A stretch of DNA of 64,000 nt, taken from the NCBI GenBank assembly GCA_963822405.1, contig CAWGHH010000004.1:70226-134225 (forward strand), written 5' to 3'. This document shows positions 39,501 through 50,900 of the stretch, one piece after another. Source of the stretch: Candidatus Uhrbacteria bacterium. Its GTDB lineage: Bacteria; Patescibacteriota; Patescibacteriia; UBA9934. The translations under genes were made by a program, and so were the position numbers. Position 1 is the first letter of the stretch, and every line of letters starts with the position of its first letter. The notes beneath the pieces were generated by a model that made no database searches, was not told the origin of the DNA, and saw nothing but the letters and a program-made list of their open reading frames with translations.

Positions 39501-41522
39501 TTACACGGCTAATGTTCTAGCTTGTAATTCCTCTTTATACGCCTCGAGTGTATCACCAACTTCAATCTTGGTCTTGCCCTGGAAGGACAGTCCGCAGTCT
39601 TGACCGGCGAGCACGTCTTTAACTGTTGATTTACCGCTCTGCAAAGCCTCAATTCTTCCTTCGCCCATGATGTTACCGGCACGAAGGATACGGACAACCG
39701 CACCAGGAACAAATTTACCCTTCTTAACTTTAGCACCGACAATCTGTCCCTTATCCGTCTTCTTGAAGAGGGCGAGCACTTCACCTGTACCAAGTTCCGT
39801 GTAGATATTCTCAGACGGAATAAGTTTCTTCAAACGTTCAACTATGTTCTCAAAGATTCTGTAAATAACTGTATGTAGCTCTACATCAACATTCTTTGTT
39901 CTAGCTGCATCAGCGGCCGTAGTGCTAGCTTTTACGTTGAATCCGTAAATAACTGCCTGGGAACCTTCTGCTCGGTCAACGTCTACATCAGTAATGTTCC
40001 CGAGTCCTTTGTGAACGATCTTCACACCAACGTGCGGGTTCTCAATCTTTTCAATCATACCAACAAGCGCTTCAAGCGAGCCAAGTACGTCAGCCTTCAC
40101 CATGAGGTTCAAATATACCTTCTTGCTTCCGGCGTCTTCCGTGGTGTCAGCGGCCTTAGCCATCTTAGTACCAATATCCTGCGCACCACTCTTGTGCTTC
40201 ACGTCCTGGCGAACATCTTCTAATTCATCTGGATTTTCTGGCACTTCAAGGATGTCGCCAACTGACGGCGCAACTTTGAAACCAAGAATTTTTACTGGTG
40301 TAGAAGGCAACGCTTCTTTGATCGTCTTGCCGTCGTAAGTCGTCAAAGCACGAACCTTACCGTATAAGAAACCGCCAACGCTCAAGATGTCGCCGACTCG
40401 GAGAGTTCCAGTCTGAACGATAATAGTCGCAATTGGTCCTTGGCCTTTGTCGATTTTGGACTCGATAATAGTTCCAAGTGCTTTACGATCTGGATTAGCA
40501 ACAACGTTATCCTTCTCCATGTCAGCAACGAGCAATAGAACGTCAAGCAGCTGATCAATATGCAAATTCTTCTTAGCAGAAATTGGGACGCAAATAGTTT
40601 TGCCACCCCAATCTTCAGGAACAAGTCCAGCCTCGGCCAGCTGGCTCTTTACTAGCTCCATGTTAGCATTGTCTTTGTCGATCTTGTTGATCGCGACGAT
40701 GAATGGCAACTTAGCGGCCTTGATAATATCGATCGCTTCTTTAGTTTGTGGCTGTACACCGTCATCCGCTGCTACAACTAGAATAGCGATGTCCGCAACT
40801 TTTGCACCACGGGAACGCATGACCGTGAACGCTTCGTGACCTGGGGTATCAATAAATGTCAGCAAACGTTCATTGCGAACAACTTGGTACGCACCAATGT
40901 GCTGTGTGATTCCACCAGACTCGCCAGCAACAACGTTTGCCTTTCGAATAACGTCCAAGAGCGAAGTCTTACCGTGGTCAACGTGACCCATGACAACGAT
41001 AACTGGTGGACGAGCTGCAAAGTGCACACCCTCTCCACGCTCATCTTCACGCGCCTTTGCCAGGCGATCTTCACCGGCACCAAGGAGAGATTCCGTTACA
41101 ACATCTTGAGGCTCAGCAATAAATCCCAAATCTTCCGCAATAATAGAAGCAGACTCGTAGTCGATCGGTTCATTCAAGGACGCCAAAATTCCAGAACGCA
41201 TCAGTTCCTGCATCACTTTCTGCACCGGTAAGTTCAAGAGAGTAGAAAATTCGCGCACCGTAATTTTACCTGGGATCTTTACATGTTCAGCCGTACCAGA
41301 AAGAACAGACGCCTTCTTTTCTAGGCGAGACTTCTGATCTTCCATTTTCTTCTGGAGATACTGGCGCTTTTTCAAATCCTGCCAGGCGTTCTGGATCTTT
41401 CCAACGTCCCGATCTGGAATCTTCAAAGCCTTACCTCCAATGTCAAAACCAAGCTCCGGTAGCTTGGATCTCAATTCTTCTGTGGACACCCGTAGGCGCC
41501 GTGCTAATTCAGAAATGTTCAT
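39501..41522 (-). CDS. infB: Translation initiation factor IF-2
   Basis: [34 protein letters not shown]. Confidence 0.97.
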   Translation of the reverse strand: MNISELARRLRVSTEELRSKLPELGFDIGGKALKIPDRDVGKIQNAWQDLKKRQYLQKKMEDQKSRLEKKASVLSGTAEHVKIPGKITVREFSTLLNLPVQKVMQELMRSGILASLNEPIDYESASIIAEDLGFIAEPQDVVTESLLGAGEDRLAKAREDERGEGVHFAARPPVIVVMGHVDHGKTSLLDVIRKANVVAGESGGITQHIGAYQVVRNERLLTFIDTPGHEAFTVMRSRGAKVADIAILVVAADDGVQPQTKEAIDIIKAAKLPFIVAINKIDKDNANMELVKSQLAEAGLVPEDWGGKTICVPISAKKNLHIDQLLDVLLLVADMEKDNVVANPDRKALGTIIESKIDKGQGPIATIIVQTGTLRVGDILSVGGFLYGKVRALTTYDGKTIKEALPSTPVKILGFKVAPSVGDILEVPENPDELEDVRQDVKHKSGAQDIGTKMAKAADTTEDAGSKKVYLNLMVKADVLGSLEALVGMIEKIENPHVGVKIVHKGLGNITDVDVDRAEGSQAVIYGFNVKASTTAADAARTKNVDVELHTVIYRIFENIVERLKKLIPSENIYTELGTGEVLALFKKTDKGQIVGAKVKKGKFVPGAVVRILRAGNIMGEGRIEALQSGKSTVKDVLAGQDCGLSFQGKTKIEVGDTLEAYKEELQARTLAV

Positions 41523-41528
41523 GGCAAG

Positions 41529-41557
41529 AGAATACGGGAAACAGGCTGTAAAGTCAA
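41529..41557 (-). promoter_or_regulatory. Putative promoter giving near-leaderless infB mRNA
   Basis: TTGACT-N17-TATTCT, 6 nt before ATG. Confidence 0.6.
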
Positions 41558-41562
41558 AAAAG

Positions 41563-42060
41563 TTATGGGGCGAATGTCTCCAACTGAATCACCCCCGTAT
41601 CAGCCCCACAGGAACCAACTTCGATCATATCGTTATGAGTGGTAACAAAGTAACCGGTACCGAAGAGACCGAAAACAGAATGTGCAGGGTCACTTGGCGC
41701 GTCTTCGGGCTTATTGAAGATTTCCTCGGGAGGTAGGCAGTCGTCGGCGACCTCGACATCCGGGCAGAATCTCCCCCAATCGCCGGAACAGGAAGTACCG
41801 GTACCAAGGAGGAACTTTGCGCCGTCCCGACCATGCAACCGGCGAAGTAAAGCGTCGTATTTGTCACTCTTTTGCTGAGAAAGCGTGAGAATGGAGGTCA
41901 TAACCCTTCTGACGTCATCGCTCCTCTTCATGTCCCTCACAATAGACAACGAATATATCGGATTCACTGCAATGATAATCACGATAGTCGTTACTAAAAG
42001 CAATCCAATGGCCATTAGATAGTCGAGTCTAGTTCCGCGCATGTAGTGGCCATGAGGCAT
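41563..42060 (-). CDS. Degenerate type IV pilin-like protein
   Basis: RGTRLDYLMAIGLL..AVNP..RDMKRSDD resembles GFTLIELL..AINP..RD.RR; Cys pairs. Confidence 0.55.
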   Translation of the reverse strand: MPHGHYMRGTRLDYLMAIGLLLVTTIVIIIAVNPIYSLSIVRDMKRSDDVRRVMTSILTLSQQKSDKYDALLRRLHGRDGAKFLLGTGTSCSGDWGRFCPDVEVADDCLPPEEIFNKPEDAPSDPAHSVFGLFGTGYFVTTHNDMIEVGSCGADTGVIQLETFAP

Positions 42061-42117
42061 ATGGTTGCATTATAGCTGATTTTTCGCTAAGGTAAGGGTG
42101 GTACCAAAGGAGGTCCC

Positions 42118-42492
42118 ATGCCAGATGACGCAGATCCCGATTCCGCTCACAAGCGGTTCGCCACGAGCGCCGGTCGGTACGGGGTAACCCTCGTGGTACG
42201 TACCGTCGGAAGAGGCCTGATTGCAGGCACCGTGAAGGTTCGAGACGTTGTCACGGAACGCGAAGTTGATGACATAGGCACGGACGAGATCACGCTCGAG
42301 TCCGAATCCGTCAGAACCCCTCGTGACGTAGCCAGCTGGCTCATCAACGAAGCGTTACCGGAAGTGATCAAGAGTAGAAAACTGTCTGCGCTCATCACCG
42401 AACGAATCGGATCCATTCGAACGGCGTTCGGAAGGATTGAGACGCAACTGCTCAATCGGGCAGAACCGTCTACCAAGACAAGAGCCGAATAG
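42118..42492 (+). CDS. Orphan hypothetical protein
   Basis: AAGGAGG SD; hairpin downstream (cgcgaccc...gggtcgcg ttt). Confidence 0.65.
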   Translation: MPDDADPDSAHKRFATSAGRYGVTLVVRTVGRGLIAGTVKVRDVVTEREVDDIGTDEITLESESVRTPRDVASWLINEALPEVIKSRKLSALITERIGSIRTAFGRIETQLLNRAEPSTKTRAE

Positions 42493-42544
42493 ATGGTTGG
42501 CAACAACCTCGCTCGCGACCCCCTTCACTGGCGGGTCGCGTTTC

Positions 42545-43360
42545 TTATTTCTGGCAGGTTGGACAGTAGTGCGTACCCCGGCCAGCAACAACGATTTTCT
42601 TAATTGACGTCTTGCATTTCTTACACGGCTCCCCTGCTCGACCGTAAACTTTTAACAAAGCCGAAAATCCACCTTGAGCACCATTTGTATCCTTGTAGTC
42701 GTTCGAGGTGGTGCCATTCATCTCAATCGACTTCTGCAAAATCTTTTGGACTTCATTTATCACCTTCAGGCGATCCTTTTCCGTTAAAGTCTTTAGCCGT
42801 CGAGTAGGCCGAATCCCCGCTCGGTGACAAGCCTCGTCCGCATAGATATTCCCCACGCCAGCAATGCATTCCTGGTTAAGTAAAGCGGCTTTAATAGTCC
42901 TTGATGCTGGTGTACGAAGTCTCTCGGCGAGCAGATCGATCGGAGTTTCGAGTGGCTCTGGTCCATACTTCGATAAGACTCCCTCAAGACCCTCTTTGGC
43001 CACGCATTTTAGGTAGCCGAAAGTTCGCATATCAGACCACACCACTCGCTCTTTTCCCCCGTCGAACACAAAAAGTATTCGATCGTGTTTCTGTCGAACA
43101 TAATCCTTATCGACGAACAGAAACTTTCCCGTCATCTTCAAATGACCAATTACGGTCGTCCCATTATCGAGCCTGAACAGTAACAGTTTCGCCCGCCTCT
43201 CTACCCCCTTTAACCTTTCACCTTTAACCTTCTTTTCGAACCTCTTCCCTGCTGGGGTTTCCCTCCCAGTCTTCCAAATTTCAACGCTCGAAATCACCCG
43301 CCCCTTGAGGCGATCATGTAATTGGCGTTTAATGGTCTCGACTTCTGGTAGTTCGGGCAT
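42545..43360 (-). CDS. mutM: Formamidopyrimidine-DNA glycosylase
   Basis: MPELPEVE, HLKMTG, GVGNIYADE, C-terminal zinc finger. Confidence 0.97.
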   Translation of the reverse strand: MPELPEVETIKRQLHDRLKGRVISSVEIWKTGRETPAGKRFEKKVKGERLKGVERRAKLLLFRLDNGTTVIGHLKMTGKFLFVDKDYVRQKHDRILFVFDGGKERVVWSDMRTFGYLKCVAKEGLEGVLSKYGPEPLETPIDLLAERLRTPASRTIKAALLNQECIAGVGNIYADEACHRAGIRPTRRLKTLTEKDRLKVINEVQKILQKSIEMNGTTSNDYKDTNGAQGGFSALLKVYGRAGEPCKKCKTSIKKIVVAGRGTHYCPTCQK

Positions 43361-43381
43361 ATATTCAATAATAGCTATTCT

Positions 43382-44062
43382 ATGCCATTTCTGTTAATCG
43401 ACAAGCCCGCCGGAATAACGTCGCATGATGTTGTAGACAAAGTTCGTAAGATAACCGGCGAACGGACTGTTGGTCACGCAGGAACTCTTGACCCTTTCGC
43501 GACAGGCTTATTGATCGTTGGCGTTGGGCGAGACTGCACCAAGCAACTTTCGACATATTTGGGCATGGATAAGGAGTATGAGGCTGAATTCGTGATAGGA
43601 GCGACCACAGAAACATTAGACCCGGAAGGAACGGTCGTCATTTCCCCATCACCGTGGGTCGACGCACGGGTCGACCCCAACGCCGAGATCCGTGACGCAA
43701 TGAAGAAACTCACCGGCGAAATCTCCCAAGTCCCTCCAATGCACTCGGCCATAAAAATAGGGGGACAAAAGATGTATGACCTAGCCAGAAAGGGAGAAAC
43801 GGTGGATATTCCGCCTCGAACACTCACCATTCACTCTTTTGAGTTACTCGACCAGCCAGATTTATCTATTTGGCCAATGGTGCTCAAGGTTAGAATTTCG
43901 TGTTCCTCGGGTACCTATATTAGAGCCTTAGCCCGAGACCTCAGCCAGCTTTTAGGTACAACGGGTTACGTTTCAGCACTTCGACGTACTAAAATCGGGG
44001 AATATTCGGTAACCTCTGCAAAAACCCTTGGCGAGCTGAGCTCTCCCGTGTTACCCTCTTAG
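43382..44062 (+). CDS. truB: tRNA pseudouridine(55) synthase
   Basis: GHAGTLDPFATG, CSSGTYIRALARD. Confidence 0.96.
   Translation: MPFLLIDKPAGITSHDVVDKVRKITGERTVGHAGTLDPFATGLLIVGVGRDCTKQLSTYLGMDKEYEAEFVIGATTETLDPEGTVVISPSPWVDARVDPNAEIRDAMKKLTGEISQVPPMHSAIKIGGQKMYDLARKGETVDIPPRTLTIHSFELLDQPDLSIWPMVLKVRISCSSGTYIRALARDLSQLLGTTGYVSALRRTKIGEYSVTSAKTLGELSSPVLPS
43655..43681 (-). repeat. Family 1, copy 8, in-frame in truB
   Basis: tgggtcgac-gcacgg-gtcgaccccaac, encodes WVDARVDPN. Confidence 0.85.
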
Positions 44063-44092
44063 ACGTAAGATTGATTCTGGTAGAACTAAATT

Positions 44093-45619
44093 ATGCTCAT
44101 CCCCCTTATTCTTGCTCTCGGGGGGTTGGTCCTTGGCAGCGTAGCCGGCTATTTTGTCCGCGCTTACATAGTCAAAAACCAAACAAACTCCGCCGAGGCA
44201 CGTGCTGCTAGAGTAGTTGAACAGGCTAAAGATCAGGAACAGAAGATCATCATTGAGGGAAAAGAGAAGGCCATGGCCTTCATTGAAGAAGGAAAAAAGG
44301 AACTTCAGGGCAAGGAACGGGACATTAAGGTAATGCAGGATAGACTCGCTGATCGCGAGAAGCTTTTTGATAAGACACTGATGGATTTTGAGACTCGCAA
44401 GCTCCAGCTTGATGACTATAAAGCTAAGCTTGAAACAGCCAAAGCTAAAATTGATGAGGTACGGCTGGCAGCTGAACTTAAGCTTGAAGAAGTGGCCGGC
44501 ATGGGCAAGGCAGCGGCGCTTGAAGTCATCATGAAACGCGTGGAAACTGATAATGAAGATGCACTCATGAGCTTGATCCGTAAGTACGATCAGCATTCAG
44601 AAGAGGAACTTGAAAATCATTCTCGTAAGATTCTCTCGCTCGTTATTCAGCGTTTTGCTTCCAGCCAAGTTGTCGACTCTGCTACTACTTTTGTCGAGCT
44701 CACGAGCGAGGACATGAAGGGACGCATCATTGGCAAGGAAGGCCGCAATATCAAAGCGATCGAACATTTAACCGGCTGTGAACTCATTGTCGACGACACC
44801 CCAGGAATGATCACTATCTCCGGCTTCTCCCCTGTCCGCCGCCAAGTGGCTAAACGCGCACTCGAGATATTAATGAAAGATGGTCGAATCCAACCAGCCA
44901 AAATTGAAGACGCCGTTAAAGAATCCAAAAACGATCTAGCTAAAGAAATGAAGAAGGCTGGTGAAGACGCGCTTTACGAGCTCGGCATTCCAGTTTCATC
45001 TATTGATCCAAAGCTCGTTTCAATCCTAGGCCGCCTAAAGTACCGCACGAGCTACGGCCAGAATGTACTGCAACACTCTATTGAAGTTGCTCGCATTGCC
45101 GGCATGATTGGTGACGAACTTGGCATGGATTCATTCCCGCTTAAGAAAGGTGGTCTATTTCATGACATTGGTAAAGCCGTTGACCATGACATGCAGGGGT
45201 CACACCCGCAGATTGGTTACAACATCATGAAGAAGTTCGGTTTCCCAGAAGAGCTCTGCTATCAGTCTATTGCGCACCACGAAGATAAACCACGAACGAT
45301 CGAAGGCGTTGTTGTCAAAGCTGCTGACGCTATCTCTGGCGCACGTCCTGGTGCTCGTCGGAATTCCGTCGAGGAATATCTCCAGCGTCTGCAGAACCTT
45401 GAAATGACAGCCGCGGGCTTCCCGGGAGTTGAGAAGGCTTACGCTATTCAAGCAGGCCGTGAAGTGCGCGTTTTTGTGCAGCCAGGAACAATCAATGATT
45501 TCCAAGCACACGAACTCGCCAGAGACATTGCAAAGAAAATAGAAAGCGAACTCACGTACCCTGGAGAAGTGAAAGTAACCGTTATTCGCGAGACTCGGGT
45601 GATCGAGTTTGCCAGGTAA
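44093..45619 (+). CDS. rny: Ribonuclease Y
   Basis: N-terminal TM, coiled coil, KGRIIGKEGRN (KH), HDIGKA (HD), ADAISGARPGAR. Confidence 0.97.
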   Translation: MLIPLILALGGLVLGSVAGYFVRAYIVKNQTNSAEARAARVVEQAKDQEQKIIIEGKEKAMAFIEEGKKELQGKERDIKVMQDRLADREKLFDKTLMDFETRKLQLDDYKAKLETAKAKIDEVRLAAELKLEEVAGMGKAAALEVIMKRVETDNEDALMSLIRKYDQHSEEELENHSRKILSLVIQRFASSQVVDSATTFVELTSEDMKGRIIGKEGRNIKAIEHLTGCELIVDDTPGMITISGFSPVRRQVAKRALEILMKDGRIQPAKIEDAVKESKNDLAKEMKKAGEDALYELGIPVSSIDPKLVSILGRLKYRTSYGQNVLQHSIEVARIAGMIGDELGMDSFPLKKGGLFHDIGKAVDHDMQGSHPQIGYNIMKKFGFPEELCYQSIAHHEDKPRTIEGVVVKAADAISGARPGARRNSVEEYLQRLQNLEMTAAGFPGVEKAYAIQAGREVRVFVQPGTINDFQAHELARDIAKKIESELTYPGEVKVTVIRETRVIEFAR

Positions 45620-45622
45620 TAC

Positions 45623-45651
45623 TTGACGGCGTTCTCATACTCCGCTAACAT
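45623..45651 (+). promoter_or_regulatory. Putative promoter of hup
   Basis: TTGACG-N17-TAACAT, 9 nt before ATG. Confidence 0.6.
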
Positions 45652-45660
45652 AAGCGCATT

Positions 45661-45978
45661 ATGAACAAAGCAGAACTCGCATTGAAGCTTTCCGAGCGTC
45701 TAGATATCCCTAAAAAGCTAGCTGAAGACTTCCTTGAGAACTTTGAACAGCTAGTTGTCCAGGCTCTCGTAGCTGGCAACGAAGTAACAATCGCCGGTTT
45801 TGGTACGTTCTCTGCTCGCACGCGCTCAGCACGCATGGGCGTGAACCCCCGGAACCCTACAGAGAAGATCCGCGTTCCAGAAGTCCGCGTTCCAAAGTTC
45901 AAAGCTGGCAAAGGCCTAAAGGATGCCTTGAAAAAGACGCACATGCCTAAGACAGAAACTGCTGTTACCGCTTCCTAA
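45661..45978 (+). CDS. hup: HU family DNA-binding protein
   Basis: MNKAEL, GFGTF, GVNPRN, PKFKAGKGLK. Confidence 0.95.
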   Translation: MNKAELALKLSERLDIPKKLAEDFLENFEQLVVQALVAGNEVTIAGFGTFSARTRSARMGVNPRNPTEKIRVPEVRVPKFKAGKGLKDALKKTHMPKTETAVTAS

Positions 45979-45980
45979 GA

Positions 45981-46069
45981 AGACAAAACAAAAGACCAGT
46001 ATTGCCTCGAAATTTGAGTCGGAGTACCTCCTAAAAATTTCTCGACAACACTGGTCTTTTGTTTTGTCT
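45981..46069 (-). repeat. Hairpin family 3, copy D
   Basis: agacaaaacaaaagaccagt...actggtcttttgttttgtct around aaatttgagtcggagtacctcctaaaaattt. Confidence 0.88.
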
Positions 46070-46073
46070 GACG

Positions 46074-47234
46074 TTAATGCTTCCTGATCCAGAAACTTCT
46101 AGAGAATCGGAACGCAAGTAGGATGATAAGTAGTAAGAAACTTACAAAAGCGGCAAGACCCACAATAACCTTTCCTTGAATTTTTGCGCCTTGAGGAGCG
46201 ACCGGAACAACCTGCGGAGCGATAGGCTTCGCCGCCTCCGGTTGAACAGTTGGTGTTGCAATATGAGGAGACACGACCGGTGTAGATCCTGGGACAGGTT
46301 CGATCGGCAAACTCGGCGGCTTCTGTTCAACCGCTAGTCCACCAAAAATGGCGAACTTTGTTAAGTGACCCACTTGGAACGTCACTTTTGAAGAAGTGAA
46401 CACGGCATCGGGAATAAGTGCCCACTCGCGGTTAGCCTCAACGTAATAATAAACCCCGAGATCTTTAAGGCCTAGAAGATTTTGATCAATCGGCAAAGTA
46501 ATAGTTAGTGGCGGAGAGAATGAATCGACAATATTTCCTGCCGAATCTCGTGCGTAGATATTATAAAATTCACCGTTGATTAACACCTTGTCCGTTGGCA
46601 CTAGTCCTTCCGAACTAGGGGTCAAAGGTTCATGCTCAATAATAATGGTTATTTGGGATCCGGAAGTGTTAGCGGGAATAGTGATGATTACCGGTCCCGC
46701 TGGAGTATCCACAGTTAGCACACCAGCCTGATCAGGCTCCAAAATAAGTGGTTGATCAACAACTTCGACCTGCGCCGGAATACCGATAGTCTGTGCGCCT
46801 AAGACATGACCACCGCCAGGGTTTACCGTCACTCGCCAATCAGTTTGCACGTCACAATAAGTTGGACAACCAAAGTTTATAGTTCCAACCAGCGTGCCCG
46901 TAGCCGTTCCCGTGAATAGCCCGTCGGAATTAATGCTTACTCCGCTGAAATCAATCCAACCAAGCTGCTCGCCCCAAGCAGAACCAGAAAGATTGCCACT
47001 GCCGTCATTCATGACGCCTCCCCTGGCGGGATTAAACTTAATAAAACCCTTGCTCTCAGACCATGCGTAACCACTAAGCGCACTCTCGCCAACAATTACA
47101 TTTTTGAAATTAATGTAGCCGACATTATTGCTCCAAGCGTATTGATGGCTGGTCAGCACCGTGCCTGTCATAGCCAAAACACTCAACGGAGAATATATCC
47201 CCAAGAGTGTAATTATGGCTATTCTTTTCTGCAT
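46074..47234 (-). CDS. Secreted, C-terminally anchored surface protein with GyAW...GWI.F repeats
   Basis: Signal; YAWSNNVGYINF / GYAWSESKGFIKF / GSAWGEQLGWIDF; HLTKFAIFG; C-terminal TM. Confidence 0.75.
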   Translation of the reverse strand: MQKRIAIITLLGIYSPLSVLAMTGTVLTSHQYAWSNNVGYINFKNVIVGESALSGYAWSESKGFIKFNPARGGVMNDGSGNLSGSAWGEQLGWIDFSGVSINSDGLFTGTATGTLVGTINFGCPTYCDVQTDWRVTVNPGGGHVLGAQTIGIPAQVEVVDQPLILEPDQAGVLTVDTPAGPVIITIPANTSGSQITIIIEHEPLTPSSEGLVPTDKVLINGEFYNIYARDSAGNIVDSFSPPLTITLPIDQNLLGLKDLGVYYYVEANREWALIPDAVFTSSKVTFQVGHLTKFAIFGGLAVEQKPPSLPIEPVPGSTPVVSPHIATPTVQPEAAKPIAPQVVPVAPQGAKIQGKVIVGLAAFVSFLLLIILLAFRFSRSFWIRKH

Positions 47235-47240
47235 ACCAAA

Positions 47241-47933
47241 TTACTTACCGGAAATTATAAGCAGATCAGCATTTGGCTTCACCTCACCGTCTGGCAACTG
47301 AGCCACCACTCCATGAACTAACTGCGCCAGCTGAGTCGCCTCCGTAACGTGCTGACCTGACACATCGATCACCATTGTCTCCGTGTAATTAGTCTTGGCC
47401 GCAGTCTCTACAGAAACAGTTTTCAAATTGCTAAATGATTCTTTTACAGCCTTCTCTACCTCAGCCGACAAACCTGCCGTTGTAGTTCCATTGTAATACG
47501 CCACAGTAAGTTCCGCCGGCGTAGTCTGCGAGGCAGCGGTTTCAGCGCTTACGTTTATTGAAGCAACCTGGATGATTTGGTCAGTCGACGGTCGATACAA
47601 AATCGCTTCTTTGGTATTTACGTAGGCAAAGAGAACATCGCCATTTTCTGCCATCTTAAAAAATGGCTGGTCAGCTAATTTTGTTTTGTCTGAAATAGTG
47701 ACCACTGATGGTTCTTCGTCGGTGGGCAACAAGATATGCTTGCCGAGTGCCGCAATAAGTGCCGCGCTCTGCTTCTGAGCTTCTATATTTGGATTTGCTC
47801 GAAGTGCCGAATATTTCTGATAGAAGTACATTGATCCACCCACACCAAGCACCGCAACAGCCACAAGTAGCCCAAGAAGAACCTGCTTAATATCGAGAGA
47901 ACGAAGTGACTTAACAACATTCGGTTTGATCAT
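47241..47933 (-). CDS. Single-TM protein with LytR_C-like C-terminal domain, paralog of 30326-30814
   Basis: LPTDEEP...AILYRPST; VAYYNGTTTAGLS...ADLLIISGK. Confidence 0.8.
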   Translation of the reverse strand: MIKPNVVKSLRSLDIKQVLLGLLVAVAVLGVGGSMYFYQKYSALRANPNIEAQKQSAALIAALGKHILLPTDEEPSVVTISDKTKLADQPFFKMAENGDVLFAYVNTKEAILYRPSTDQIIQVASINVSAETAASQTTPAELTVAYYNGTTTAGLSAEVEKAVKESFSNLKTVSVETAAKTNYTETMVIDVSGQHVTEATQLAQLVHGVVAQLPDGEVKPNADLLIISGK

Positions 47934-47940
47934 AATTAGT

Positions 47941-50900
47941 TTATTGAACTATTGGAGTTTCTACCGGAACGTCAATCGGGACAACAACTGCGTCCATAAC
48001 AGGAGGAACATCAATAACTACCGGTTCCATCACAGGCTCTACTATTGCTTCAGGAATAGGCTCAGCGATAGGCTCGGTAACCGGCTCAATGACAGGCTCG
48101 ACAACTGGCTCTGCGACTGTTTCGGCGACTGGTGCCGGCGACGAATTGTCTACGGGCACAAAACTACTCGACGTGACCACTCCCCCGCTAATAACCTGTT
48201 GCAACTGGTCGCCGTCAACACATATCTCCGTTCCGTCAGTTTTCTTCACACAAAGCTGTTCTGTGTGTACTTTCTTCGTAAAGACTTCATCAAAGTAGCC
48301 ACGAATTGCAGTAACACGAGCAGACACAAAGTCAGTCAAGAACTGTTCGCCACTAGCAATCTTAGACGTGATAATCGAAATCGGATCTCGAGCAATCTCG
48401 GTCTGAATAATAGCCATTAAGCCGTTATCAGTTCCATTGGCTGACACCTCGCCCAAGAGCACGCCTTCCTCACCAAGATCAAGATTTTTTGCAAAGGCCA
48501 TAATCATTCCAACCCCCTCACCTTCATACGATTCCATCGCCTCTCCAATAACAAGACCCGCTCCAATCGATTTTGTCGCAACGCCGGGGGTTGATGAGAG
48601 AGCAAGATAGTCGCCGGCATGAATGCTGCCATTTTCCGTTGTGACTTTTACAGGAACCCGTCCGGATAGCGCAACCGGAACAGCGCCCACTCCCTCTCTA
48701 TTCACTCCCCCAATAAGCGATCCTGGTCTTGTCGAAACAATACCGATAGCATGTTCACCATGAACTCCTGAACTTTTCTTCACGCCAGTTTTCAAAGTAG
48801 AATCTAACGAGACAACATCTCCAGCTTCTAAACCAGAGTCTCTGGTGGTATAAATTTCGGCCAAGTCAGCGCCAGTATCTATAACAATGGCTTCAATGCC
48901 CCAGTTCAAAATATCAGAGTCTCCTCCACCAGATGTCACAGCGGCACATAACGAATAAGGCTGAGCGGATGTGCCCACATCAACTGCGATGCCTGATACG
49001 CGGATGGTTCCTCTGTCATTCACCGCGCTACTTGATGAGGTAATGGTATACGTCACCGTTGCATTCCCAACCGTTGCACCCGTACAATTCGCGGTAGTCT
49101 CAATAACAATTTGTAGCGGCTGGTCAGTACCACTGCCACTGTACACGTCAGCCCAACCTGTAACGTAGACATCCCCGAGCGCAGTTGTTGGTGTCAAAGA
49201 AATGGTTCCGAGAGTGATCTGGGCTCCGCCTGTGGGAATATTCGTCGGTGATTCATTCGTGTCATAAAGTGCCGCATGCTGAAGATCGGAGCCGGCACTC
49301 CTGCAGTTTACCCAAGCGCCGTTTTCATAACAACGGAACTTATTCGTTCCTGTGCTGTAATACATTCCGCCGTTAACCCCAGTTGGATCTGCCGTGCCGT
49401 TATCGAGAACCAACAAATCAGGAGTTGCGGTGCCCGCTATTACCAATTCGAACCATGTCGCTAGCACTCGTTGCTCCCACCGCCAGAAGAATATCACCAG
49501 TACCTGATTGAAGGTTGAGCGAAGTGGCACTGGTGGTGTTGCCAATAGTTATCGTCTTAGCGTTTGCTCCAGTACCAAGATTCACGGCACCGGTTGTGCC
49601 AGAATCAAGCGTCAAGGCTGATGTGGTAGCTGAAGCAATTGAGGTGGCTCCCGTACCGGTCAAAGTTGTTGCTCCAGCCGCAAGAGTAAAACGAGTAGCA
49701 CCACCGGTGATAAGATTCAAAGCATTGGCATCCGTGGTTCCAAGTACTGCCGTTGCAGAGTATGCGTTCCCTCCTTGGATGAAAACCGTTGCGCCCAAGG
49801 TGCTGCTGGTAACGGGCATGGAAACCGTTCGCCAACGTGACGCGCCGGAATCATATTGAAAAGCAACAGTGGTATCTGGTGAGATAGTAAGTCCGCCTCC
49901 GTTTGCAGTAATGATTCTATTCGCAGCAATAGATCCAACATCCTGGTTAGCAAAAATGATACTGGAGGCCGAGGCGTTCATGATGCGCATATAGCGTCCG
50001 TCGGCACCCCCGGCAAAACCAGTGATGGTTGCCGAACCGGCACCGTTGTAGCGGAATAATGAGCCGTTTCCGAGGTCTACATCATTTGTAGTGCCGGTAG
50101 TGATATAGTCGGTTCCCTTTGGCGTGTACCAACCATCTGTAGCGCTAAGTGCGCCGGTCACGGTCAAACCACCATTCATAGTCACCAAACCAGAGCCAAA
50201 AGTAACAGCTCGATTAGTAGTTGTATTTATGCCGAGTATCCCCGCGCCTGTCATGTCCATTACCGTGCTAGCTCCAGCCAAGGTCAAAGCGGTCGAGTTA
50301 AACGTGGTGGCACCGGTACCAGTAGTGAAAGTATTACTACCCGAAACTGAAGCGTTTCCACCCATCACCACACCACCAGAACCGCTATTCAAGTTTAATG
50401 TTGTCGTGCCGGTGGTGTTACCAATAGTAACTATTTTCGAGCTCCCCCCAGTACCAAGGTTTACTGCGCCAGTTGAACCAGAATCAAGCGTCAGAACACC
50501 AGTCGTTCCAGTTGTAATGCCTATGGTCGAGGCCGCTGCTGATGAAAGCGTAAGCGATCCAGTTGACGTTAGTGTTGTCGAGCCTGTACCGGTCAAGGTC
50601 GAAGCAGCCGAGGCCACCTCAAACCGCGTGCTACCACCAGTCATCAAGTCCAACGCATATGCGTCAGTAGTTCCGATCGACAAGGCGGCGCCAATATTGT
50701 TCCCAGCTCCGCAAGCAAAAGAACCGGTCGTCGGACAAGTAGACGTATCAAGCAAAACGTTACCCGTCAGATTAGGGAAGGTCCAAGTCTTAGCGCTACC
50801 AGTTAGATCAGTTGAAGTGAGGGTTCCCGTAAACGAAGCTCCACCGCCAGTAGACGGTGTCAAAGCCAGCTCATCATTAGTAGCCGTACTAGTTTGGAAA

